Shown here: positions 32,287-40,904 of the stretch, piece after piece | How positions within the stretch are numbered: position 1 is the first letter of the stretch | Layout of the letters: each line of letters starts with the position of its first letter | Assembly (NCBI GenBank): GCA_964610985.1 | Contig: CAZSZJ010000003.1 | Location: forward strand, 143 to 64,142 | Reading direction: 5' to 3' | DNA: 64,000 nt | Source of the DNA: an uncultured Candidatus Saccharibacteria bacterium | GTDB taxonomy: Bacteria; Patescibacteriota; Saccharimonadia; Saccharimonadales; UBA4665 | Translations under genes and position numbers: made by a program | The notes under the pieces: generated by a model | What the model saw: only the letters and a program-made list of their open reading frames with translations | Database searches by the model: none | What the model was told of the DNA's origin: nothing

Positions 32287-33746
32287 TTTGCTTCTGCGGG
32301 CTTGACCGGTTCGGCTCCTGTGTCGGTCTTGGGAAACAGCGTGCCGGTAATCGGCCGAATGATGCCTTCGTTAAATACGGCTTTTATCTTGGCTGACGTT
32401 TCGGGCAAAAACGGCTCCAGGAGTTCAGCAATTTCGATCAGACAGCCGGCTTGGTAAGCGAGCACTTCACGCAGATGGCCGTCGTCTTTTTCTTTGGCGA
32501 TCTGCCAAGGTTTTTCTTCGTCGATGTATTGGTTGAGGCCGCGAACTTGGTCCCAGATGTGGTCGAGAGCGCGGTCAAACCGGCAGACAGCAATCGCTTC
32601 TTCGACCGGACGGTTATCGTGCTGAGCGGCGGGAATGTCGCCAATCAGACCGTTTTGATATTTCATGATCATGGCTGCGGTGCGCTGGACGGCATTGCCG
32701 AGCTCGTTGGCCAGTTCGTTATTATAGGCAGCTTCAAAACCTTCCCACGTAAAGTCGCCGTCGTTGTAGCTCGGAATATGGCGCAGAAAGTAATAGCGAA
32801 AAGCGTCGACGCCATATTTTTCGACGATTTCTTTGGGGGAGACTACATTGCCCTCGGATTTACTCATTTTACGGCCATTCAGATTAATAAAGCCGTGCAC
32901 GTAGAGTTGCCGCGGCAGCGGGATATTGAGGCCCAGAAGCATAGCTGGCCAGATGGCGGCATGGAACCGAATAATGTCTTTGCCAATCACCTGCACGCTC
33001 GCGGGCCAAAAAGTCTTAAAGTCGTCGTGCTCCGGGTAACCTAGTACGGTGATGTAGTTCATGAGCGCTTCGAACCAGACGTACATTACCTGCGAGTTGT
33101 CGCCAGGGACTGGAATGCCCCAGTCTACGTTTTCTTTGGGACGGGAAATACTGATATCTTCTAGGCCCTCTTTTAGCACGGCTAAAATTTCGTTGCGGCG
33201 CGTTTCGGGTACGATTTTAAATGCCTTTGTTTCGATGGCTTCTTTGATCTGGTCGTTGTATTTGCTGAGCTTAAAGAAGTAATTTTCTTCTTCAACACGC
33301 TGGTAGGCCTGCGGGTGCGTGGGCTCCATGCGAGCTGGATCGGCTTGAGCCTCGGGAACGAATGTTTCTTCTTTTACGTCGTACCAACCAATGTAGGTAC
33401 TTTTGTAAATATCGTCTTTGAGTGCCTTCCAAATAAGCTGAGCGCGCTGTTCGTGACCTTTGTCGGTCGTGCGGATAAAACGGTCATTGCTGATGTTGAG
33501 CATGTGCGCAAGGTCGCGGAACGCTTGACTCATTTCGTCGCAGAGCTCTTTGGGTTTTTTACCGAGGGATTCGGCTTTTTGGGCAATCTTAGCTCCATGC
33601 TCATCGGTACCGGTACCAAAAATAACGGTCTTGCCGTCTTGCCGTGCAGCGCGGGCCAGGACATCGGTCATAACAAATTCAAGCGCGTGACCGACATGCG
33701 GCTCGCCGTTTACATAGGGAATAGAAGTCGTAACGTAATAATTCAT
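32283..33746 (-). CDS. metG: methionine--tRNA ligase (minimal form)
   Basis: 487 aa. PYVNGEPHVGHALE (HIGH-type) and KMSKSEGN (KMSKS). No C-terminal tRNA-binding appendix. Confidence 0.95.
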   Translation of the reverse strand: MNYYVTTSIPYVNGEPHVGHALEFVMTDVLARAARQDGKTVIFGTGTDEHGAKIAQKAESLGKKPKELCDEMSQAFRDLAHMLNISNDRFIRTTDKGHEQRAQLIWKALKDDIYKSTYIGWYDVKEETFVPEAQADPARMEPTHPQAYQRVEEENYFFKLSKYNDQIKEAIETKAFKIVPETRRNEILAVLKEGLEDISISRPKENVDWGIPVPGDNSQVMYVWFEALMNYITVLGYPEHDDFKTFWPASVQVIGKDIIRFHAAIWPAMLLGLNIPLPRQLYVHGFINLNGRKMSKSEGNVVSPKEIVEKYGVDAFRYYFLRHIPSYNDGDFTWEGFEAAYNNELANELGNAVQRTAAMIMKYQNGLIGDIPAAQHDNRPVEEAIAVCRFDRALDHIWDQVRGLNQYIDEEKPWQIAKEKDDGHLREVLAYQAGCLIEIAELLEPFLPETSAKIKAVFNEGIIRPITGTLFPKTDTGAEPVKPAEAK

Positions 33747-33871
33747 ATAGTTTTAGTGTACCTGTTTATGAGTGAATGAAAAAAGAGTAAAAAGAAAATA
33801 GCCCTAGTGGGGCATGCCGTGCATTACCGTAGTCATAAACAACTTGGTCATATGCGCGTATTATAACATAG

Positions 33872-33903
33872 AAAAACGGCCGCTCTTTTTGGCGGCCGTT
33901 TTT
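33872..33903. terminator. bidirectional intrinsic terminator
   Basis: AAAAACGGCCGC-tctttttg-GCGGCCGTTTTT: a 7-bp GC stem flanked by A and T runs, 18 nt downstream of the pilin-like gene stop. Confidence 0.7.
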
Positions 33904-33920
33904 AAGATTTTAATGCGTAG

Positions 33921-34514
33921 CTACTGTACGGCCGTCAATTTAGGAACAAGGTCGGTTACCGCCTTGATGGCCGCTTCTTGCAAAGCTTCTGGCGCGTTAG
34001 GGTTACCACATACGCCATGGGGATGCGCGTAATGGTAGTAGTAGTCGCCTACCTTGACAAAGGCGGAGTTCGTCTTAGCAGCTTCCTGCGCTGTAGTGCC
34101 GTCAGAGTCCCCAATACTCTCGGTTGGCTTCAGACGCTCGATAATACCGACAGGGCTATCATCAGCCATACAGCCAGAACCGTATTTTTCGAGTTGGTCG
34201 GATGAAAAGCGAGCGTCTTTGCCATCATAAATCATGTAAACAAGCTTCTGTTCGCCACTGTATTCAGCGCGGACATTCCATTCTTTGATGGTGACGTAGG
34301 TTTTAGTGTCGGTCTTGGTCTCTTCGGTTGGTTTGGTTTCGGTCTTGGTTTCTTCTTTTTTGTCGGAGCTAGCGTTTTGGCTTGTAGTGGTAGTCTTTTT
34401 ATCGTCTTTGTTGTTCATGCGATACACATACCAACCCACTGCGGCTAGAAGCGCGACCACAACCACAATAATCACGGCTTCGACTGCCGTGAATCCCTTT
34501 TCGTTTTTTGTCAT
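33921..34514 (-). CDS. type IV pilin-like protein (prepilin-type N-terminal cleavage/methylation signal)
   Basis: MTKNEKG/FTAVEAVIIVVVVALLAAVGWYVY is a class III signal (G-F-T-x-x-E plus a hydrophobic helix). It is followed by a Thr/Lys/Glu-rich linker and a globular C-terminus. Confidence 0.75.
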   Translation of the reverse strand: MTKNEKGFTAVEAVIIVVVVALLAAVGWYVYRMNNKDDKKTTTTSQNASSDKKEETKTETKPTEETKTDTKTYVTIKEWNVRAEYSGEQKLVYMIYDGKDARFSSDQLEKYGSGCMADDSPVGIIERLKPTESIGDSDGTTAQEAAKTNSAFVKVGDYYYHYAHPHGVCGNPNAPEALQEAAIKAVTDLVPKLTAVQ

Positions 34515-34596
34515 TTTAAAACCTTTGCCTTTCTTTTATTTTGTTGTAGGTTTGAGGTAAACTATACAACTTTATAACTTCGATGACAAGGGGATT

Positions 34597-35133
34597 CTAG
34601 AACAAACTGACTTGGTTTTCAGTAGGTGGTTTTTTGCTATCTTTTACAGGTGCAGTTAGGGGCACCCTTAGGTGTTCGGCCAACCGCTCAACAAACATAT
34701 CCTGCCCTTTATGCATCTTTGGCCCAGCCTGATGTATAGGAAACCACGCCGCTTTATCGAACTCGGGAAAATGCTGCAACTGGCCTGATTTTGGCGGCCA
34801 CTCCATTTCGAATGTATTGCTCACCATAACGGCCGGGTCCAGGTCACCCTCGACAGCCCAGGCATAGATGACCTTGCCGTCCTTCCGCTTAAAAAACCCG
34901 AGGTCGATCAGTTCACCCTCCGGTACCGGCACGCCCGTTTCTTCGGTAAATTCGCGGCGGGCGGCCGTTTCCAGATCTTCGCCTGGTTCACATTCGCCCT
35001 TAGGAATCGACCATGCACCTTTATCTTTTTTGCTCCAAAATGGGCCGCCCGCGTGGCCGAGCAGCACATCCACTTGCCCGTTTTTGTTTCGGTATACTAA
35101 TATCCCTGCGCTTTGCTTCTTCATATGCTCCAT
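34597..35133 (-). CDS. NUDIX hydrolase
   Basis: Nudix box GECEPGEDLETAARREFTEETG. 178 aa. The start may be ATG 35133 or ATG 35124. Confidence 0.85.
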   Translation of the reverse strand: MEHMKKQSAGILVYRNKNGQVDVLLGHAGGPFWSKKDKGAWSIPKGECEPGEDLETAARREFTEETGVPVPEGELIDLGFFKRKDGKVIYAWAVEGDLDPAVMVSNTFEMEWPPKSGQLQHFPEFDKAAWFPIHQAGPKMHKGQDMFVERLAEHLRVPLTAPVKDSKKPPTENQVSLF

Positions 35134-35154
35134 CGTAGCATCAGATCCGGTGAT

Positions 35155-35187
35155 CCAAAAGAACCGGTTAAAAACCGGTTCTTTTGG
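35155..35187. other. perfect 15-bp-stem inverted repeat (possible terminator or processing hairpin after tRNA-Leu)
   Basis: CCAAAAGAACCGGTT-aaa-AACCGGTTCTTTTGG, immediately 3' of the minus-strand tRNA-Leu. There is no clean U-tract after the stem, so a terminator role is uncertain. Confidence 0.4.
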
Positions 35188-35188
35188 A

Positions 35189-35278
35189 TGGTGGGCGAGG
35201 AGGGACTCGAACCCTCAAGGCTTATTCAGCCAGCGGATTTTAAGTCCGCCGCGTATACCGATTCCGCCACTCGCCCGC
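35189..35278 (-). tRNA. tRNA-Leu (anticodon UAA), type II with long variable arm, CCA encoded
   Basis: The reverse complement reads GCGGGCGAGTGGCGGAATCGGTATACGCGGCGGACTTAAAATCCGCTGGCTGAATAAGCCTTGAGGGTTCGAGTCCCTCCTCGCCCACCA. Anticodon loop CT-TAA-AA, T-loop GGTTCGAGTCC, acceptor stem pairs. Confidence 0.9.
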
Positions 35279-35337
35279 GAACAGTAGCCCTAAAAATAGG
35301 GAAGCTTATCGGAAAAGCTTCCCTATTATATGTCTAA

Positions 35338-36432
35338 CTACTCTAGAATCTCAAGGGGCGTGGTGAGTTCGATGGTAGGCGCACTTGGATATTCGTAGGA
35401 TTGCTTGTTAAAACCGAGGTTAGCTTTGCGTACTGGTTGCTCCGGATCTTTCTGCTTGTCTTCGCCAACACCGGTCAGCTCGCTATACAATGGCAGGCCG
35501 AGCTGCTCGTCTACTAAGTAATAACCTTTTACGCCGCCATTCTTTACGGCATTAATAGATATGAATTCATACTTCCATTCGGCTTTGGGATGTTCACGGG
35601 TAATCTTTTCGATTTCGGCGGTTTCAAAAAAGATGTTGGAAAGTTGTTCGTTTATTGTTGATGCGTCGCCGCGGGGTTTAAAGCCGTATTTGCGGAGTTG
35701 TTTGCCGTCACGGACTACAATACCTTCGTCAGTAATAGTGAACAGGTTAGCGGCCTGAAGCTTGTTTTTCCAGTTGGCGGCTTGGCTGTTGGCGAGAGTA
35801 ACGGGCATGAGTCCGTCGGACATACGTGCCGGTGCAAGGTCTACAATGCCCCCAGGTCTAACGCCCAGATATGGACAAACCGAAAACGAATTGGCTTCCG
35901 TAAGTATATACATCTGTTTGAGGTACTCGTTGGCCTCCGTCAGGTTCTTGGGTGCAGGCCGTCCCGACCCACCTGCCGACACCAACCCATCCCAATATGC
36001 CGTACCATCTATGCAGCGCTCCATGTCGAAGTCGGTTTTGTCGTATGACCGCTGGGCGTACACGCCGCGGTATTTATTATTGACGAGTTCGCCAATACTG
36101 GACTGGATAAAACCAGGATCATTTTTGGCCTCGAGATCCGCCTTGGTGGCGTAAGTAGTGCGGTATTGGGCGACACGGATATTCTGCTGGGCAGCGCCTT
36201 TGGCGAGCGCGTCATAAAAACCGGCGACAACTTTGGGGTCGCTTGCCTGGACGTTTTTACTATTATCGCTTTTGTTGCCGCGCAGTGCAAAGAATAAAAG
36301 CGCTATCGTCAATACAACGACAATAATAACGGCCGGAATCAGCCATTTACCCAATTTCTTGCCATTTGAGGGCGCGTACCCCGGGTTAATCGGTGAGAAA
36401 TCACCGCCACCTTGGCTACTATTGCTATCCAT
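35338..36432 (-). CDS. single-pass membrane protein with large extracytoplasmic domain, function unknown
   Basis: The ORF track extends to 36540, but that extension runs through tRNA-Cys. ATG at 36430-36432 gives MDSNSSQGGGDFSPINPGY...GKWLIPAVIIVVVLTIALLFFAL (TM) plus about 290 aa outside. No family recognised. Confidence 0.65.
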   Translation of the reverse strand: MDSNSSQGGGDFSPINPGYAPSNGKKLGKWLIPAVIIVVVLTIALLFFALRGNKSDNSKNVQASDPKVVAGFYDALAKGAAQQNIRVAQYRTTYATKADLEAKNDPGFIQSSIGELVNNKYRGVYAQRSYDKTDFDMERCIDGTAYWDGLVSAGGSGRPAPKNLTEANEYLKQMYILTEANSFSVCPYLGVRPGGIVDLAPARMSDGLMPVTLANSQAANWKNKLQAANLFTITDEGIVVRDGKQLRKYGFKPRGDASTINEQLSNIFFETAEIEKITREHPKAEWKYEFISINAVKNGGVKGYYLVDEQLGLPLYSELTGVGEDKQKDPEQPVRKANLGFNKQSYEYPSAPTIELTTPLEILE

Positions 36433-36472
36433 AATATCCCCCTTAGTATCTCTTGGTTTTGAAAAGTCTAAA

Positions 36473-36546
36473 TGGAGGCACCGACCGGACTTGAACCGGT
36501 GTACAAGGTTTTGCAGACCTCTGCGTAACCACTCCGCCACGGCGCC
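36473..36546 (-). tRNA. tRNA-Cys (anticodon GCA), CCA encoded
   Basis: The reverse complement reads GGCGCCGTGGCGGAGTGGTTACGCAGAGGTCTGCAAAACCTTGTACACCGGTTCAAGTCCGGTCGGTGCCTCCA. Anticodon loop CT-GCA-AA, 7-bp acceptor stem with one G-U, discriminator U, T-loop GGTTCAAGTCC. Confidence 0.9.
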
Positions 36547-36657
36547 AAAAAGTGATCTTCATTATCTTACTACATCTGTTTGTGCCGAACAACCACCTCG
36601 AGACATCTGTGCGATATTCAACATCAAAAATGATCCCACTTGTGGTAATCTAGATGC

Positions 36658-38046
36658 ATGAATCCACAAGAACCCTCCAATTTTAATGCACTGAACCAAC
36701 AGCCAGTCCAGTCTGGCGCAGAGCCATCATTTGGCCAGCCTCAGCCGCCCAAAAAACGCATGTCCAAGGGTCTTAAAATAACCCTGATTGTCGTGGGTGT
36801 GTTGGTCTTGTTGCTGACAATTCTGCGCATCCGCGCGGTCATCGTTCAAAATAATAAAAACGACACAAAGGGAAGCAAGAGCAGCCAAACCAAACAGCCC
36901 AACGGCCAAATCGCCAGTACCGGACCCAAGGTTTTTACCGTTAGTTACGCCAAAGAAGCGCCTTCTTATGCCGGCAATAAGATGCACGACGCCTGTTCGC
37001 TTCTTAGTTTTGAGGGGGCCATGAGCAAAGTTAAGGGTATACCGGAGTTAAATGACGTTAAAACGCTTCAAAAACCACTGAGCATTGAACACAACTACAC
37101 CGACCACAACATTCCCGGAATCTTAGGGACAGATGGCCAGCCACGCAAAATAACGCAGACTATCAGCAGCGAGGGCTCAAAGCCAACCAGCATGGACAAT
37201 TTTGCTTCTATCGCCAACAGCTACTGTGTGTACGGCCAGAACTTGCCTAGCAGCGTAACTTTTGCCCGCGTATATGTAACTCAGCCGCCCACACCGCTGA
37301 CTCCGGAATTCCTGCCTTTCCTAGCCAATCTGCCAAAAAAACAAGTTAACGGCGTAGACGTATACACCGTTGACACCCCGAACGAGAATGGCTTTATGTA
37401 TGCCGCCATGATCCGCGCCGACAAAAAAGTAGCTGTTATTTTAAAAACCGGCAACACTGACATCATGGACTCCGGCGTCAATGAAATAACCAAAAAAATG
37501 ACCGCCACACCAATTGGCTATGCCAAGTATGAGTATCCCGGCATGTACGGCAAGCTCGTCGACTCTTGTTCGCTGTTTAGCGCAGCCGATTTTGAGCGAT
37601 TTATGGGCAAAAAAGCTGCTTCCACCGTTACCGAAAGCCTTATCGTAACTAAAGGCTACGACCTTGGCGTCGACCGAAACTGCCGTCGTTCACAGGTAGA
37701 CAGCCAGCTCGAGCCAGTATATGAGTCCGATACCGCAGATATTACTATTCGCCAAGGCAAGAGTGAGCTAGCAGCCAAATCGTGGCTTGAATCTAAAAAA
37801 GGCAGCATTTACATCTTTACACCGTCCCAAACCAAGCTCGGCGATGAGTCGCTCATAAGAGTAAATGAGGGCAATGATGATAACTCCCGCCGTTCATACA
37901 AGCTCTTTGTCCGCATCGAAGCCGCGGTTATCGAGATTGACCTCGACCAAAGTGCCGCCGGTGACGCATCGGCAGCCGCCTTTGAACAACGCATCATGCC
38001 CGCCGCCAAACAGATCATCGAAAACTACCAAAAACAGATTAAATAA
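36658..38046 (+). CDS. membrane-anchored extracytoplasmic protein with two DUF3558-like repeats (tentative)
   Basis: Pro/Gln-rich N-terminus and a TM (LKITLIVVGVLVLLLTIL). There is an internal duplication marked by HDACSLLSFEGAMSKVKG and VDSCSLFSAADFERFMGKKA. The '(D)xCSLL(S/T)...' start is typical of DUF3558-type secreted proteins. Confidence 0.6.
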   Translation: MNPQEPSNFNALNQQPVQSGAEPSFGQPQPPKKRMSKGLKITLIVVGVLVLLLTILRIRAVIVQNNKNDTKGSKSSQTKQPNGQIASTGPKVFTVSYAKEAPSYAGNKMHDACSLLSFEGAMSKVKGIPELNDVKTLQKPLSIEHNYTDHNIPGILGTDGQPRKITQTISSEGSKPTSMDNFASIANSYCVYGQNLPSSVTFARVYVTQPPTPLTPEFLPFLANLPKKQVNGVDVYTVDTPNENGFMYAAMIRADKKVAVILKTGNTDIMDSGVNEITKKMTATPIGYAKYEYPGMYGKLVDSCSLFSAADFERFMGKKAASTVTESLIVTKGYDLGVDRNCRRSQVDSQLEPVYESDTADITIRQGKSELAAKSWLESKKGSIYIFTPSQTKLGDESLIRVNEGNDDNSRRSYKLFVRIEAAVIEIDLDQSAAGDASAAAFEQRIMPAAKQIIENYQKQIK

Positions 38047-38101
38047 TCTGCGGCGGCCCCTCCCTGTTGACGATTGCGCCATATAATCGTATGGTGCAAT
38101 T

Positions 38102-38680
38102 ATGTCCAACATGAACGAACTCGGCTTCCCGATGTGGGATCACCTGCGGATGGACGGGCGCTACCTGAAGACCGTCCAATGCATAGACTTTCTTGGCAGT
38201 AGTCTAGGTGGCGAGACATCTCTTACCATGACCATCAACGACAGAGACGAGCCCCTCCTACCCGGCACGATATTTGGCAGCATCATACGCTACCGCTGGC
38301 GCCAGCGCGAATGGGAGACCTGTAACGGCAACCGCCGCGTTTCCAACCCTTCAACCCGTTTGCACCTGCAAGGCTACTACACCGGCCAAAGCGTCGAAAC
38401 CCCTATTACTGTTCCGGGGTTTAAAACCAAAGAACCGGTCATGCTGCCGGTTGTCGACCTCAAACTTTGGCGCTGGAGCCAGCCTTATAAAATAGACGTG
38501 GGTCAGATCGCCCTTGCCCGCCTTTGCGAAGGCGAGCGCGCAGTGATTCAGGAAATAAATTTTGACCACCAGGCAATTATGCGAGACCAAAAGATCGAAC
38601 CCAGGACCGACAACCCTCATCCCTATTTAAGCACCGTCCAGTTCGGGGGCCTCTACGTCGTGCCACTAGCCCCGGGCTAG
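38102..38680 (+). CDS. hypothetical protein (192 aa)
   Basis: ATG start 55 nt after the preceding gene. Trp/Arg-rich (RYRWRQREWETCNGNRR). Its 3' end overlaps the convergent gene by 15 nt. No family recognised. Confidence 0.5.
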   Translation: MSNMNELGFPMWDHLRMDGRYLKTVQCIDFLGSSLGGETSLTMTINDRDEPLLPGTIFGSIIRYRWRQREWETCNGNRRVSNPSTRLHLQGYYTGQSVETPITVPGFKTKEPVMLPVVDLKLWRWSQPYKIDVGQIALARLCEGERAVIQEINFDHQAIMRDQKIEPRTDNPHPYLSTVQFGGLYVVPLAPG

Positions 38681-39631
38681 GTGTCTCGCATCTCGTTTCT
38701 CGCGTACGCCCTGAAAGTCATCGAGCCGCATACTGACTACACGCGATAAGACACGCAATTTCGCAGCTGTGTTTTTAGAGACCTTACCGGCTTCGGCTTT
38801 GAGGAACATATTAAGCGTGTCAATCGGACCATCGGTCGACCGGATAACCAGATCATCTTGGCCGTAAAAATAGACTACGTCCTTTTTGTACGCCTCATTA
38901 TATCTTCGGTTGCCCGACTTCAGCTGCACCAGTACTTTTTTGTGTGAATCTCCCGCTGAGACGGCTATATAATCGGCCCGCATCTTTGCCGAAAAGCGGT
39001 TATGTTCTTGCCGAAAAGATGCCGGTAGTGTCAGGTACCGTTGGGGTTCGTCAAGTTGTGATACGAGCCCATAGGCCATTTCGGTCGCCAGGCCAGACCG
39101 CGATTCGCGCTCTTGCGTCGTTTTGCTAGGCAAGGCCATGACCCCTGACCCAAGCTCCAGACAGCCCGACCTAACCTTTTGAAACTTGGCCTCGGTCACT
39201 TCGTCATCTAAGGGCTCGTAGGCCAACCACGAGGCCGCCACCTCCATAAGGGGAAGATACGACAATGACTGAACGAGCCTGACCCCAGTATCACGCACAT
39301 CAAGGTTTTTACGCTCCGTGGACTGAGCCCGACGCAAATCCGACATTTCTTCGCCAGCCCCGAGCCAATGCTCAGAAGCCTGGCTCAAGTAGCCGAGTCT
39401 CGTTTCGAGTTTACCAGAATTCCTTCCTTTTCTGCCCCGGAAAAGTGCCGCTTCGGCGGCCGCCCAGCCTGCGGCATAGCGTACCAAAGGATGATCATTC
39501 GTGCCCATTTGATCACTCATTTTCATGAATTGATCAGGTGACCGGCTGTGATTGGCAATGTAGTCACGAAAATGTGGATCCTCAAAATCAAAAGCTTGCT
39601 CTAATGGCGATCGAGTGTCGAGATGTTGCAT
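38666..39631 (-). CDS. hypothetical protein; C-terminal half may be a PD-(D/E)xK nuclease-like fold (tentative)
   Basis: The ORF opens at ATG 39655, but ATG 39631 is preceded by TAAAGGAT at 6-nt spacing. The C-terminal half has GLATEMAYGLV ... ADYIAVSAGDSHKKVLVQLKSG, an E ... D ... QxK arrangement compatible with restriction-endonuclease-like folds. Confidence 0.5.
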   Translation of the reverse strand: MQHLDTRSPLEQAFDFEDPHFRDYIANHSRSPDQFMKMSDQMGTNDHPLVRYAAGWAAAEAALFRGRKGRNSGKLETRLGYLSQASEHWLGAGEEMSDLRRAQSTERKNLDVRDTGVRLVQSLSYLPLMEVAASWLAYEPLDDEVTEAKFQKVRSGCLELGSGVMALPSKTTQERESRSGLATEMAYGLVSQLDEPQRYLTLPASFRQEHNRFSAKMRADYIAVSAGDSHKKVLVQLKSGNRRYNEAYKKDVVYFYGQDDLVIRSTDGPIDTLNMFLKAEAGKVSKNTAAKLRVLSRVVSMRLDDFQGVREKRDARHLARG

Positions 39632-39673
39632 GAATAATCCTTTAGGATATAGCATAATACATCGATCCGTGTG

Positions 39674-39943
39674 CTATATCAAGTTATCAACACTCATTAG
39701 ATCGATTCCTTCAAAGCGTCCTGCGCCATAAGCCATATTTCTAGTCCGAAAAGCATCTTCACCCTTTAGTGTTCCCCGCAGGACAGCCGGGCCTTTGGTT
39801 GCACCGCACCAGTAGGTCTTCGCCCGGGCAAGCGTATCGATAATCCAAATTATTTGGCCTGGTTTTACCCGGATCACGCCTACTGGCAAGTTCGGCCGCA
39901 GCCCAACCGGCCGCACCACGAACCAGAGGATGGTCCCTTTCAC
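39674..39943 (-). CDS. hypothetical protein (89 aa), weakly supported
   Basis: GTG start with no convincing Shine-Dalgarno. Co-directional, 18 nt (42 nt if the shorter 39631 start applies) upstream of the 38666 gene. No family recognised. Confidence 0.35.
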   Translation of the reverse strand: MKGTILWFVVRPVGLRPNLPVGVIRVKPGQIIWIIDTLARAKTYWCGATKGPAVLRGTLKGEDAFRTRNMAYGAGRFEGIDLMSVDNLI

Positions 39944-40120
39944 TTACGCTGCACTCATCTCCTTTAGATATGTGGGGCCACGGCCTTCCCCAGATATATA
40001 GCTACGGAGTTTAAATCTTCAAAACTATGCAGATGTTCTAGTTCTGTTTGAGCTGCTGCATCATCACAACCTTCCTGCTTTAGACGGCTAAAAAACATCA
40101 TAAAACGAATACACTTACCG

Positions 40121-40333
40121 TCAATTCTTATCGGCTCTATATTCCAGAATATCGCCAGGCTGGCAGTCAAGGGCTTTGCAGATTGCCTCTAGTGTAGACA
40201 GGCGGACGGCTTTCGCCCTGGCGTTTTTGAGAATGGACAGGTTGGCCATGGTGATGCCTACCCGTTCAGACAATTCGGTCACGCTCATTTTGCGCTTTGC
40301 TAGCATAACATCGATATTGATAATTATCGCCAT
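40121..40333 (-). CDS. XRE/Cro-type helix-turn-helix transcriptional regulator (YozG-like)
   Basis: 70 aa. MLAKRKMSVTELSERVGITMANLSILKNARAKAVRLSTLEAICKALDCQPGDIL is the short HTH_26/YozG-type pattern. 8 nt downstream of the DUF2975-like gene. Confidence 0.85.
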   Translation of the reverse strand: MAIIINIDVMLAKRKMSVTELSERVGITMANLSILKNARAKAVRLSTLEAICKALDCQPGDILEYRADKN

Positions 40334-40341
40334 AGCATGCC

Positions 40342-40869
40342 CTAGACCGTTAGGTCGTTCTCCGACTTCATAGCAATCGCTTCACGCAACAATCGCTGGA
40401 ATATACCCGCCACAATCGCTATCGCAAACGGCACCAGCGCCAAGATCATGCAGATAATAATAAGCCCCGGAGCGTCATCGTTTTGAGCCCAGATGTAAAA
40501 GAACGGCAACACGGCTATAAATATCGCACTAATAGCCGCTCCACAGCAAGCGATGCGGCGGAGCGCCTGCACCGACAGTTCTGAAAAGGCTTTGTTTTTG
40601 TCGACATACTCAAGAAGCAAAAACCCCTGGTAAAGCGCCATAAAGAACGGAATTGCCGCAGCGTACATCGCGCTCAAAATAACATAAAACACATACGTCA
40701 TGTTTGGATATTCATCTGGAACATGGATCCAGGTTGCCGGCAGCGCAAAGGCGCAAATGGCAAGCACGACAAGACCGATAGCTATGATAGCCGTTTTTAA
40801 GAAAAAGGTTGATCCTCGTTTGACGAGTAGAGATTTGGCGTTTTTCATAACGCCATTAAAGCATATCAT
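40342..40869 (-). CDS. DUF2975-like four-TM membrane protein
   Basis: 175 aa with four hydrophobic helices. The usual genomic partner of YozG-type HTH genes. An alternative ATG lies at 40848. Confidence 0.65.
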   Translation of the reverse strand: MICFNGVMKNAKSLLVKRGSTFFLKTAIIAIGLVVLAICAFALPATWIHVPDEYPNMTYVFYVILSAMYAAAIPFFMALYQGFLLLEYVDKNKAFSELSVQALRRIACCGAAISAIFIAVLPFFYIWAQNDDAPGLIIICMILALVPFAIAIVAGIFQRLLREAIAMKSENDLTV

Positions 40870-40904
40870 TTATCGAATAACAATAAATAATTGTTGATAT
40901 AGTG

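Noticed and set aside
36433-36540. N-terminal extension of ORF 35338..36540 (MAEWLRRGLQNLVHRFKSGRCLH...)
   Set aside because: The extension is the reverse-strand reading of tRNA-Cys (36473-36546). The in-frame ATG at 36432 gives a sensible N-terminus followed by a TM.
35155-36546. tRNA-associated integrative element
   Set aside because: No integrase or recombinase, and no visible direct repeat of a tRNA 3' end. It is kept only as a positional remark.
39964-40170. 68-aa ORF (or the 45-aa version from ATG 40101) between the HTH gene and the 89-aa ORF
   Set aside because: The long form overlaps the HTH gene 3' end by 50 nt. There is no SD and no recognisable family, so it is too weak to list as a feature.
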